Positions 51,701-64,000 of a stretch of 64,000 bases of DNA are shown in pieces. The stretch is taken from NCBI RefSeq assembly GCF_006345805.1, contig NC_042998.1, positions 69,812,001-69,876,000 of the forward strand, written 5' to 3'. The DNA is from Octopus sinensis. Its lineage: Eukaryota. Positions within the stretch are counted from its first letter, which is position 1. Every line of letters starts with the position of its first letter. The position numbers and the translations under genes are program-made. Under the pieces are notes generated by a model. That model saw only the letters and a list, made by a program, of their open reading frames with translations. It was not told the DNA's origin and made no database searches.

Positions 51701-52825
51701 GACAATGGCGATTATAATGATGAGTAATAAAATTAGATTTCGTGTATGAAAGTGGAGAGAAAGGAGGGAAGAGAGAGAGAGTGCTGGGTTGGAATGCTGA
51801 GAAAGAATCGCCTGGGTGGCGACGTTTGTATTGCAACCGTTTTATTTTCCGTCAAAGCAGTTGCTACAGCCGACGAATAATGTTGATGTTATTAGAGCGG
51901 CTGTTGTTCTTTACGTGGTTGCTGGTGCGATTCTAGGTGCTGTCGCTGATACTGTTGTACTGATATTGTAATTTCATTATTGGTACAGATGTTGTCATCT
52001 TTGCACTATTTCACGCTTGCTGCTACTGCTTTTGCTGATGCCTATGTTGCTGCACGCTGTTGTTGCAGCGATGGTGTCGACAGCAGTGGGGTTCTCCTTT
52101 CCATTTTGTCTTTTGATTGTATGGGCAGAAAGCCCTCATATAGATGACTGTTTCACTCAAATATCATCTATATCTTGTTTCCTCCATAACTAATCGCTTC
52201 TTCATTTGAGAAGGAGATAAGGTTTGAGATCTTTTCAAGATGCTCAGGTTTTAAACGGAGAAGAGTGTATAGTGTGGTCCCAAATCAGTTCCCTCGTCTC
52301 ATTTTCTTATCTCCAGCAGAGTATCGCATCCCTCCAACACTACATAGGCCAGGATCCACCGGAGATCTAGCAGTTATTGGATACTCAGTATTATCAGCCT
52401 TAACATTTTTCCAAATATGTGGCAAAGAGGAAACTCATTTTTCTGATAGGCAACCGCTGAGTGTTGCAGTGCGAGGGCCTCGATCTTAAATTGGACTTAG
52501 ACTCCTCCGAACTCCATTGCCTTAGGTGTTTCGCCATACATCTCGGAGGTCGCTTTCTATTTGTTTGTCGTAGCTGTCTCGAAACAATGACTTTTTAACT
52601 ACCACAGTCCTGCTGCTGATATTGTTTTCATTGTTAATATCGATACTACCTTTGCTGTTGTTGTTGTTGGAATTGCTGTTGCTATCTTTTCTAATGTTAC
52701 TGCTGCTGCTGTCAATGCTGCTTCGGCTGCCTCAGCTACCGCTGCTGCCACTACTGTTTACTTTGTTGCCGTTACTGCCGCCAATGCTGCTGTTGTTGCA
52801 TTTGTTAATGTTAGTGTTAATGTTA

Positions 52826-52876
<51 letters not shown>

Positions 52877-52948
52877 CAGCAGCAGCAGTAACAGCAGTAG
52901 CGGCAGTAGGGGCAGTAGCGGCAGCAGCCGCAGTAGTAGTAGTAGTAC

Positions 52949-52980
<32 letters not shown>

Positions 52981-53104
52981 AAAAGAAGAACGAGATTGGT
53001 TATGTTGATGCAAAAACAAATAAATCCACTTTGAACCCAAAACTTAAAACACATAAAAATAAATATTTATTAAAAAATATATATATAACAAAAACGCACC
53101 GACA

Positions 53105-53300
53105 ACGCCGATGGCGGTTGTTTAGTACGGTTCTCTTGTCACAGCTTGTCTAACTGTGAAAGCAGTGAGTAATCTGGCTATTATTGACTGGTACAACCTG
53201 TTCTTCTTAATGGCCGCAAACAGGTACTGATAGCAAGCATTGTCGTCGACTTCCGGTGCGGCCATTAGCTTGTCTGGCTCTCGATACTAAACTTCCTGTA
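53105..53300. promoter_or_regulatory. CpG-containing cluster of YY1-like and ETS-like motifs (possible promoter)
   Basis: atggcgg at 53111, taatggccgca at 53208 and tgcggccatta at 53257, acttccgg at 53249, acttcctgt at 53291. Motif match only. Confidence 0.25.
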
Positions 53301-53478
53301 ACAATCAAACCTGTCGGTGTGTTTTGTAATGAAACACTAATGTTTAATATTTAATTTTGTTATAAAATTTTCCAATGTTTCCGATGACGCCTGCACTAGC
53401 CAGCGTTTCACTCAGGTCTTCTATACACACACACACAGCCACGAACACAGACGCACACGCGCGAGCGCACGCACATAC

Positions 53479-53537
<59 letters not shown>

Positions 53538-54294
53538 GCGCACATGCGTGAAATACTCATGAGCGCACGCACACAAAAAAAGAATATACGGAAATCATAG
53601 GCGTGCGCGCACACACATACACGCATATACTTATATACATACATACATATATGTTTATATATATATACATACATACGCGCATGTGTGCCGTTGTTTATCC
53701 ATCCATCCATCCATCCATCCATCCATCCATCCATCCATACATACATACATACATACATACATACATAAACACACATATATACATCCATACACACAAGCAC
53801 TCACATACACACACAAATGCATGTATATATCTATATATATACAGACTCCTTTTTAATAACCTATATATCTACATATGGGCATATTTAATTTATGTATGTA
53901 TGCACACAAACATATGCAGATTTTGAAAACTATTTGTACAATATATTTGCGCGAGCATGCGCGTCTGTATAAATGTATACATGTGAATTTAGCTATGCTC
54001 TTTGCTTTGCATATAAGAATGCGAATTATCTACATGTGTTTACACACACAGACACACAGTCACTCACACACACACACACAATGCATATACGTTGCGTGTA
54101 ATAGAGAGGGGGGATGTTTGTTAATGGATATGCATGGATCTATATGTAATGCATATTTTGTTATGTGGGTTTTTCAATTACAGAAGGTGCGTCATACTTC
54201 ATGCACAGAAATACATAGCTTTATATATTTATGTATATCATGACAAACATATACATGCCCTCACTCACGTGCATATATGTGTGTGTGTATGTGT

Positions 54295-54640
54295 GGGAAT
54301 GGCTGTGTAGTAAGTAGCTTGCTTACAAACCACATAGTTCTGGGTTCAGTCCCACTGCGTGGCACCTTGGGCAAGTGTCTTCTGCTATAGCCTCGGGCCG
54401 ACCAAAGCGTTGTGAATGGACTTGGTATATATATATATATGTGTATATATATAACTCTTTTATTATTTTACTTGTTTCAGTCATTTGACTGCGGCCATAC
54501 TGGAGGACCGCCTTTAGTCGAACAAATAGACCCCAGGACTTATTCGTTGCAAACTTAGTGCTTACTCTGTCGGACTGTTTTGCAGAACCGCTAAGTTACG
54601 GGGAAGCAAACGCAGCAACATCGGTTGTCAATCGGGGGTG
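54295..54640 (+). mobile_element. tRNA-derived SINE, family A
   Basis: Homologous to 22074. Confidence 0.8.
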
Positions 54641-54683
54641 AACAACACACACACGCACACACATCTATCTATCCATCCATCTG

Positions 54684-54752
<69 letters not shown>

Positions 54753-54928
54753 ATCTACTCATCTATCTATCTATATATATATATATATAAAACCATACAC
54801 ACACACACGCACACACACATACACACACACACATACATACTTACATACATATCTTTCAGTATGTGACCTCGTCTGTACCACTAGCGATTTTTCCCGTCTT
54901 CCCTTCTCGGGATCTTTCCTTCTCCTAT

Positions 54929-54963
54929 GTTTCCGACGAAGAACTCCGCTCGAAACGTCAAAC
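54929..54963 (+). ncRNA. Degenerate minimal hammerhead motif in a short PLE-like repeat (54870-55055)
   Basis: gttt-CCGACGA-a-gaac tcc gctc-GAAA-CG-TC-aaac, with a U4C core change and a stem II mismatch. Confidence 0.55.
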
Positions 54964-55065
54964 CCTCCTTCTTCCCTTCTTTCCTGAGCGTCCAATAATA
55001 CTTTATTTGTTCCACGTCCTTGCGTTGTTGTGTTTTTTGTTTTTGTTTTTTTGTTTGGATTAATT

Positions 55066-55319
55066 ATATATATATAAAAACTGAGAATGTGTGTCTGTGT
55101 GTCTGTCTGTCTCTGTGTTTCCTTAAAACTTGAGAACTACGCAACCAATTTCATTCAAATTTCACACATGCCTTACTTAGGGTCCATGTAGTATCATGGG
55201 CAAAAAAATGTTTAACTTCTGCCTAGAGCGAGCTCACAGCAGTATCATATCTTCTCCACTATTTCAGTATTACGTGTTAAAAGTGAAACAAAAACATCTC
55301 TCTAGTGTATGTATATGAA

Positions 55320-55359
<40 letters not shown>

Positions 55360-56339
55360 ATATATATATATTACAAAATAAAAATTATATCTTGAGATCG
55401 TTAGTAACAACAACGCTCAAAATATATAACAGACTGGAACAGTAGTGCTCAAATGAGCTGTATACACTTTTTAATCCGAGGGGAGGCAATGCGAGCAGCA
55501 ACTACAAAAGCACTACAAAATCCACAGAAAGATCAAGCACATACATATATTCATATATTCATTTATATATACAGAACAGACATAAAACCCGACGTTTGGA
55601 AATATATAAACATCATATAAAAATATATTGTACGCATAAGATCCACTCGACGTTCCATAAGAAATTTAGAAATAAAAATTGCAATAAAAGTTAGAGGTAA
55701 TAATAACAATTGAATATAGTAAATATAGTAAATATAGTAAGTAGTAATTAAATATATTTTATTTTATTAAAATGGTAATTAAATCGTAATATAACAATTA
55801 AAAGAAAAAATAGCAATTAGTATAAAATCTATCAAGGACTTGAACTCGAATATGTGGCTTTGCATGAATGGGAGAAATTAAAAGATGAAAAATTTAATTG
55901 AGTGCAGAAGTGAATTAGTCCAGATGGGGCTGTGCTCATATCCTTTACTATAGCTGCTAGATTGAATTATATGCTTATAAAGTAGCATTCAGTATCTATG
56001 AGAATTTTTGGGAGTACGTAATGTCTGGTCTTTCGCATGTAGCATGTATGTAATTGTGCATTTGTTTCCGTGTACTATGTGTTGTGCGTAAAAAAACATC
56101 CTGCCGAGGGGAATGTCTATTTTAAATATATATGTTTCATATTAATTGATGCATCTCCGAAAGATGAACTTTTATGTATTTTTGTAAATTTGTATATTTA
56201 TCTTCTATGTATTTTTCTCTGGAATTTTAATTCGTCTTTTTAATATGTCATTGTATGTTTTATTACCCCCAATTTTTAATTTAACAAATTTATACCAAAC
56301 TAGCACTATGACCCGGCAACGCCGGGTTATAATGCTAGT
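55066..56339 (+). mobile_element. Non-autonomous Helitron/HINE-like element (boundaries uncertain)
   Basis: The 5' tatataaaaactgagaatgtgtgtctgt start includes a GTCT microsatellite. The 3' hairpin acccggc-aac-gccgggt is followed by CTAG|T at 56335-56339. Confidence 0.5.
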
Positions 56340-56980
56340 ATGTATATATATATATATATATATATATGTACGCGCATCGCATGAAGCAAAGTTATGAAAC
56401 AAATATACAGATACAATATACACTCAGTAAAGTACACATCTACGCCTATGTATACACCCAATAGCACGCACACACAAAAACACATTTGTATACACACGTG
56501 CACTGTGGATCAGTTTTGAGACGTACATATACATTTGTTCGCCCAGAATTACTTCTATTCAATCATATATGTCACATACACTGAGGCATATGTACATACA
56601 TACATACATACATGCATACATACATACATACATACATTAATACATACATACATACATACATACATGCATACATACATACATACATACATACGCATAGTGG
56701 CAAACACTCATACATAGAAATACACATGCATACAATACATGTACAATGAATGGCACGCGCAAACACACACACTGATATAGAAAGGAATTTCTGAATAGAC
56801 AAACACACACGCAAGCACGCTCGAGTGCGCGCGCACACACACATACACTAACAGAAAATCACTAGACACATATACTTACTCTGACGGATGCTTACGCTAA
56901 TACATACACATACATGCATAAATATACACACGTACATACACACAGATACACATGCAGGACTGTAGCAGCGTGTATGTATG

Positions 56981-57012
<32 letters not shown>

Positions 57013-57070
57013 TGTATGTATGCATGTTATATATGCATGTATGTATGTATATATATATACATATATATAT

Positions 57071-57159
<89 letters not shown>

Positions 57160-57161
57160 TA

Positions 57162-57195
<34 letters not shown>

Positions 57196-57467
57196 TATAT
57201 ATCAACCTAATCTACTATCGAAACATATAAAACAAGGCAAATTAACGTTAACAAGAAAACCATCGATTATGTCCTCTTTGAACAATGGTCGGCCAATAGG
57301 GGTCGGACAGTTCAGTGATGCTATATCCAACTTATCAATAATAATGATTTCTTAATTAGGCATAAAGTCATGGCGATCACGAATGATCAGTTTTGTGGCA
57401 TGAAGGCATTTACTGGGCCCGATATAAGGATACGGACTTTACTGTTGAACAGCCTTGATTGTCTTCG

Positions 57468-57551
<84 letters not shown>

Positions 57552-57679
57552 CTATTATATTTAAAAAGCAGCAGAAATTCAACAAAACCTGTTACTCTGA
57601 GTTTCACGTTCCTGTTCGTCGGACAGTTTTTGTTAGAATTAGAATATATATATATTAGAATATATTAGAGCATAGCCCG

Positions 57680-58000
57680 GTACTCCGTCGGTTACGACGA
57701 CGAGGGTTCCAGTTGATTCGATCAACGGAACTACCTGCTCGTGAAATTAACGTGCAAGTGGCTGAGCACTCCACAGACACGCGTACCCTAAAAGTAGTTC
57801 TCAAAGAGATTCAGTGTGACACAGAATGTGACAAGGCTGGCCCCTTTGAAATACAAGTACTACTCATTTTTGCCAGCTGAGTGGACTGGAGCAAGGTGAA
57901 ATAAAGTATTTTTCTCAAGAACAGAACATGTCACCGGGAATTGAAATCACAGCCTTGCGATCGTGAGCCGAATACCCTAACCATTAAGGCATGTGCCTTC
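57680..58000 (-). mobile_element. tRNA-derived SINE, family C
   Basis: Reverse complement of 196-500. Another copy at 60461-60775. Confidence 0.8.
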
Positions 58001-58369
58001 GCTATTGGAGTGTGTGTGTGTGTTTGTGTGTGTGTATAAATATATATATATATATATTCCAAAGAAACGAAGAAAGAAACACAAGAAAAAAAAACAGCAA
58101 CACGAGAGCATGGTACATGTAAAGTATTAAAAGACGCTCAGGGAAGGAAAGAAAAAGTATTTGAAGACTCTCAGGGAAGGAGCGTGGATAGAGTGTGTGC
58201 CACCCGGGGTGGTCCTTCCGTTTGCCGCCCCCGGATCCCACAAAAAAATCACATATTGCCTACAGCAAACCCGAAATTACCACCCGGGGCGGACCGCCGC
58301 TACCGCCCCCTAGCTACGCTAGTGTATGTATATCACATACACAAATATATCTGTGTGTACGTATATCTA

Positions 58370-58562
58370 TGCACGTATATCACACACTACACAAGCTCCT
58401 TCCAAGCAGTGCAGTAAAGAGTGGGAGTGAGCTAGAACGTTAAAACTAAGTTTCGCATGCACTGCAGAGTTCAAGGTCAATCTTTGCCAAGCGGAATTAC
58501 TCGAGGTGCTTTAGCTTTGTTACTATAGCAACAGCCCGGATATTTATTGATCAGCCCTCGTA
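58370..58562 (-). mobile_element. Terminal fragment of the 47449 mariner family
   Basis: ttcaaggtcaatctttgcc...ttattgatcagccctcg|ta matches the end of 47449. Confidence 0.75.
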
Positions 58563-59344
58563 TGTACATTCATACGCATATATATGTGTGTATCATGTGT
58601 GACTCTATGTATGCATGTATGTATGTATGTATGTATGTATGTATGTATGTATGTATGTATGTGTTAGTGTTAGTGTGTGTGTAGTTTACTGTTCCGTTAT
58701 ATATGCAGGATCAACAAAAAAGTACTCCACCAAGTGAGAGATAAATTTAATTTATTTACACAGTATTTAAACAAGAGCTGCTAATTGCTTCATGCCATAG
58801 AAACATGGCAATTCTGCAGATTTATATAACGGGTCTAGTGCTTCCAAGCAATCCTTTCTCCAAGCAATCTTTTCTCCAAGCAATCCTTTAGGGCGAATGG
58901 ACGTGGTTAGTACTATGGATGCCGGTCTATGAGAAAACAGAAGAAAAACGAGAAGGTTGATGCCAACAGCGGAACGAGAAGACAAAGGATGAATAAAAAC
59001 AGAAAAAGAAAGAAAAGATAGAAGAGAAAAGAAAAAAAAAACAAGAGTTATGTCCCTTCTGGTTTTTCTTGTGTCATCTTATAGACCAGTGTCCTGGTTT
59101 TCAAACAATGTGAGTTGGGCCCGGAAGATTGCTTGGAGACACAAGACACGTCACATAAATCTGTCGAATTATTGGATTTCCACAGCATATATAAACTCTT
59201 ATTTAAATACTGTGTATATTTTATATATATATATATATATAATATATATAATATATATATATATAGATATATATGTGACTGCGTGGTTATCGTGGCGATT
59301 TTGTTCCTCCGTCTTCCCTTCTTTGGACCTTTCCTTTTCCTAGT

Positions 59345-59379
59345 GTTTCTGACGAAGTGCTCCGCTCGAAACGTTAAAT
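59345..59379 (+). ncRNA. Minimal type I hammerhead motif in a short PLE-like repeat (59285-59450)
   Basis: gttt-CTGACGA-a-gtgc tcc gctc-GAAA-CG-TT-aaat. Core intact, self-complementary AACGTT stem III, one U-U pair in stem II. Confidence 0.65.
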
Positions 59380-59451
59380 CCTCCAATAACATCATACTTG
59401 TTCCACGTCCTCGCGTTGTTGTGTTTTCTCTTTGTTCATGTTTGGATGAAC

Positions 59452-59496
<45 letters not shown>

Positions 59497-60164
59497 TGTG
59501 TATCAAAAGGTCGACTCAAGTCAAACCTCACTTCTCTCAACTTTGGCATTCTTTGCTTAGCGCCATCTCATTGTTGTTCGAAAAATACATTTGCGTTAAT
59601 CGTGCTAATATATTTTCCCTTTTCAAATATCAGAACATTAAGATTCTGCCTTATTAATAAGTCTTTTCTTCCAGCTTGCTTCTTCAAGCCCAGGTCTTGT
59701 GGTGGCTTTCGCAGTGTCTTTCGTGCGCTATATATATGGATATATATATATATATATAATAATATATATATCGTTGCTATTATGTTAAACTGTCGTATGT
59801 CCAAATTTGACCTAATGCGTTTTTTCCAGTATTTATTTTTGCTTGTAATAGCCGGTTCTTTTGGTCAAACTAACGTATCTCCAGCTCCTTCAGATGCCAA
59901 GATATGAAAAATTATCAAAGTGTAGTACAACAGTTTAGCATTTTAAAAAGTGTAATAAGTCCCACATACCGAAGTTTTGCAAAAATATTTCTGACTGAAA
60001 ATATCATACATGCATGGAGTTAACGATTTTATGCACCCAACAATGTATTATTGTTAAGCAGAAACTGTTGCGAATGTAAGAAGAAATGGAATGTTTTCTG
60101 AAAAACAATGTTTCGGACTTAGGACACTTTTGCATAATACCAACGATATATATTTTTACCGACC

Positions 60165-60223
<59 letters not shown>

Positions 60224-60393
60224 CGTAAATGTCGAACAATGAAAATGAGTGGTTAACACCACACTTGTGGAGAAAATTTCTTTATTTTCGTATCAAGGCT
60301 ACCATTGGTTTCATGCTAAGAAAATATCTTAATATCTTAATTTTTCTTTAAAATATATATCTTTATATATATTTATATCTTAACCATATATAT

Positions 60394-60451
<58 letters not shown>

Positions 60452-62220
60452 TATATGTTGGCACTCCGTCGGTTATGACGACGAGTGTCCCAGCTGATCG
60501 ACAGAACAGCCGACTCGTCAAATTAACGTGCAAGTGACTGAGCACTCCACAGGCACATGTACCCTTAACAGAGTTCTCAGGGAGATTCGGTGTGACACAG
60601 AGTGTGACAACGCTAGCTCTTCGAAATACACGTATTACTCATTTTTGCCAGGTGAGTTAACTGGAGCAACGTGAAATAAAGTGTCTTGCTCAAGGACTCA
60701 ATGCACCACCGGGGCTCGAACTTATGACCTTACGATCGTGAGCCGAGTTCCCTACCGACTAAGCCACACTCCTTCCCTGGGAAACATACACCTTCACTAC
60801 TAAATCATTGAACTATGTTGTAAGTGACTGAAAATTCCAAAGAAACATCTGCCCGTAGCTAAATTCGAAAGCAGGACTCATTGTCTCACAAAGCTGCACT
60901 TTGAATTCCATGTACAGCCCCACCCATCAGAGTTCGATCCATTTAATGTTTATTCGTTGCGAACCACAGAAACATTGGTCATCCCAAAATATTACTTAGG
61001 GTGCCACGCAGTGGGATCGAACCCCAGAACTTGAAATCTTATAAATGAAAAGTGCACTTCTTAACCACTCGGCCATTCGTCCATCTTGCTCTCTATGTCA
61101 CTGATCACTATTTTTCTAAATAATTCAACATATAATACCATCACTAAAATATAATTCCAGGCAATCTTCCAGAGCAGCTTTCAATGAAGGCTCTCAAATG
61201 GTTTCTTCATGTAATAAAGTTGATAAAAAGTGATTTCTTCAAGTCGAAGATTTTGTTCGATAGTATTCCATACGGTGAAGATTTCTTTACTCGGAGACAA
61301 TCAGCTACAAATCTTCACTTCTTGCCGTTTCTTTCTCCCCAGTCTCTCTCTTACAAACACACACATATTCACACATACATGCACACACTCATACACACAC
61401 ACAAACAAGACAACCGCACATACACACACATGCACTTGAACACAAACACAGGCACATACAAATACACATAGTGAGACACACTCTATTACATTTTCAGATA
61501 TATGCAAACGCACTCTTACACATGCTCGCAAATATGCGCCCGCACATAAACACACACACACGCACACATACACACATACGGACGAAGACTGCTTTATAAT
61601 TACTATCTCTTTGTTTGCTTCTCCCTCAGTTCTACAAAATATAGTGATACTAATAAAGTTGTAGGGATAACAACAATGTTAAATTAATGATTAGATGCAT
61701 TGGTACAGATAGAACAGTGTGGATGACATCAACACTAAATTAATAATGAAATATAGGGGCTCCACTCTGGCAATAGATAACTCTATTGTTATCCCTACTG
61801 CCGTAGTAGGATCCCACCATTAACTTAACTACGATGTTAATCATTCCCCTACATCAATATCCTTATATTTCCGTGACATGTCTAACTGTATTATTATTTC
61901 TACGACCGTATTAAATTCTCTCTCAATGTCACCAATGTTGCAAGAGGTCTCTTCTAAACTGACGCTAGTGTCATTTGTCATCGGCATCTTCTACAGTTCT
62001 AACCCCCCGACCCTACCCCACCCCAGCCCGCTCCATTAGCTGTTCTCTCTCTTGTAAACACTACTACCGCCATATTGGTGCCATCGCGATGTAAATCTGT
62101 AGAGATCTGATACGGTTTATCGTCCATGTTGTTTGTTTGAAGTTTCTCTAACAGCGCCATCTTCTGTTACATCATTATAGCTTGATGCTACTTCTGCGGC
62201 TACTGCTTCTGCTGCTGCTG

Positions 62221-62289
<69 letters not shown>

Positions 62290-62502
62290 GGTAACGGTTG
62301 GTTTCATCTCCTCAGCTCTGATGTTGTCGCACAGTTATATTTGTTTGTTGTTCTAAGAACTTTATTTTCAGTTCCAGTATTAAAAGTTTACTGAGAAAGT
62401 TATTAAAGGAAGGTAGGAGAAAGAACGAGAAAGATAGGGATAAAGAGAGGGAATAGAGCGGATAGAGTGGAGAGAGAGAGGGGAGAAAAATTCAGAGGAG
62501 AA

Positions 62503-62554
<52 letters not shown>

Positions 62555-62593
62555 GAGAGCGGATGGGAGAGAGTGGATGGAGAGGGAAGAAAA

Positions 62594-62634
<41 letters not shown>

Positions 62635-64000
62635 GAGTGTGTGAAAGAGCGAGAGAGAGACCGAGAGAGAGAAAGAGAAAGAGAGAGAATGAAACAGAAA
62701 GGGAGATATGAAACAGAAAGTTATGGAGAATCAAAGACAGTGATGAAATAAGAGAAGAGAAAAAGAGAGAAAGGAGACGATGAAAGGAAAAGAAAAGACA
62801 AAGAGCATCCTTGTTAAAGGTTGAATCTCCAGGATTTAGAGTTTTATTAGAATACTCAACAAAGCTAATATCTTTTTTCATTTCTTTAAAGAATGCCAGC
62901 AATCCCAGGAGATCGGTGCTTATTTTCGGGGTTTCTGTACTGGCTGAGCAGATGGGATATAACCCTGATTTATTACAGGGCATTCAGCTTCTCTATCACG
63001 GTTGTATCTCCCACAATAATCCTGCTGCTTACGTCGTTGATTTAGGCACACTGCTCTTCGTTGTTATAGCAAACCGTCTCGTGTTAAATGTCTGGGTCGA
63101 CGACGCATTCAACAACAGCAGTGTGATATGAACTTCTAATCTGTCGATTGATGTTCTACTCGAGTTAACGATTAAATAACCCCTCCAAAGACACCGAAGG
63201 CGGTGAGGTTTAACAGGGTGACATTAAATCCACTCATTTTGTTTTTATGAAATTTCACACAAAAATTTGACCAACTCGAGGCTATTGTAGTGAGCACTTT
63301 CTCAAACCGTTGTGCAACGGGAGGGTTCCAACACCGCTAGGTGCGAAACAAACTTCATAATCACACATTGAAACTACAAAAAGAATTTATTTCGTTATTT
63401 AAAATCACTGAAGTAAAATTTCGGCATCATCTTGGATCATGTAACACAGGATTGTTGTTGGTAATATTTGTTTTAACTTCTCAAGTGAATCAGAACAATT
63501 CCCCATAAATGGAAACAAGATTATGTGTATAGATGACCGCATGGTCACATGCTTAAGAATTATTTTTTCAAGATTCTGATTTGAATCTACTACGCGACAT
63601 CTTGAGAAAATAGCTTCAGGTATAAATTTCGGTCGACTCAAGCCTTGTCAGCGAAGCTAACTGGATGGGAACTGTGCCGAAGCTGGACGGATGAAATATA
63701 TCAGCTTTTGTTTTATGTAAAAGACTTAAACCATCGATCGGTTTCACATCAATGTCTGGTACTTGAATATCTTTAATGGAGTCGAACTTGATTCAAGTAT
63801 TCAGACCAAGATTCTGGTCAGAGAATGCTTTTTCATCTTATTATCCCACCCGTCTTGCAGCTTATGTAAAATATCAAGCGTTGCTCTTCCTAGGGAATTT
63901 ATGATGTTCATGTCTTTTCTCCTGATTATCAATATAAGTAAAGTGAAATGACATGAAACAGAAATTGAAACCTCATCACTTGATAATGAAATGAGTATTT

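Noticed and set aside
62811-63131. 106-aa plus-strand ORF, and the 78-aa minus ORF at 63405-63641
   Set aside because: No domain or convincing splice signals. The opposite strand has weak PLE-like wording, so a decayed TE is more likely.

Overview
AT-rich, microsatellite-dense eukaryotic non-coding DNA. The SINE families, Penelope relics and repeat make-up point to a coleoid cephalopod, most likely Octopus; this is inference, not a database result. No intact protein-coding gene is recognisable, and there is one weak exon candidate at 29786-30028 (-). Most ORF-track entries are translations of simple repeats. The window holds at least three tRNA-derived SINE families, degenerate Penelope-like elements (RT + GIY-YIG), Tx1/L1, CRE, R4/Dong, RTE and L2/CR1 LINE fragments, mariner/Tc1 relics, a hAT MITE and a Helitron-like element. 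The main signal is about 15 type I hammerhead ribozyme (HHR) motifs found by eye. Five complete motifs lie in a TA-flanked array of ~488-bp units (23201-25689) that folds back on itself. One lies in a related ~440-bp repeat (11878-12460) whose end coincides with the predicted self-cleavage site. Two to three lie in a 460-bp near-perfect palindrome (5431-5892), and the rest are in solo short elements. The two tandem families share collinear sequence blocks and a covarying hairpin. They look like two subfamilies of a retrozyme-like (ribozyme-bearing, non-coding, possibly circRNA-producing) retroelement. The same window carries relics of Penelope-like elements, the established candidate mobilisers of animal retrozymes. 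All ribozyme calls come from manual motif matching; none is tested for activity.
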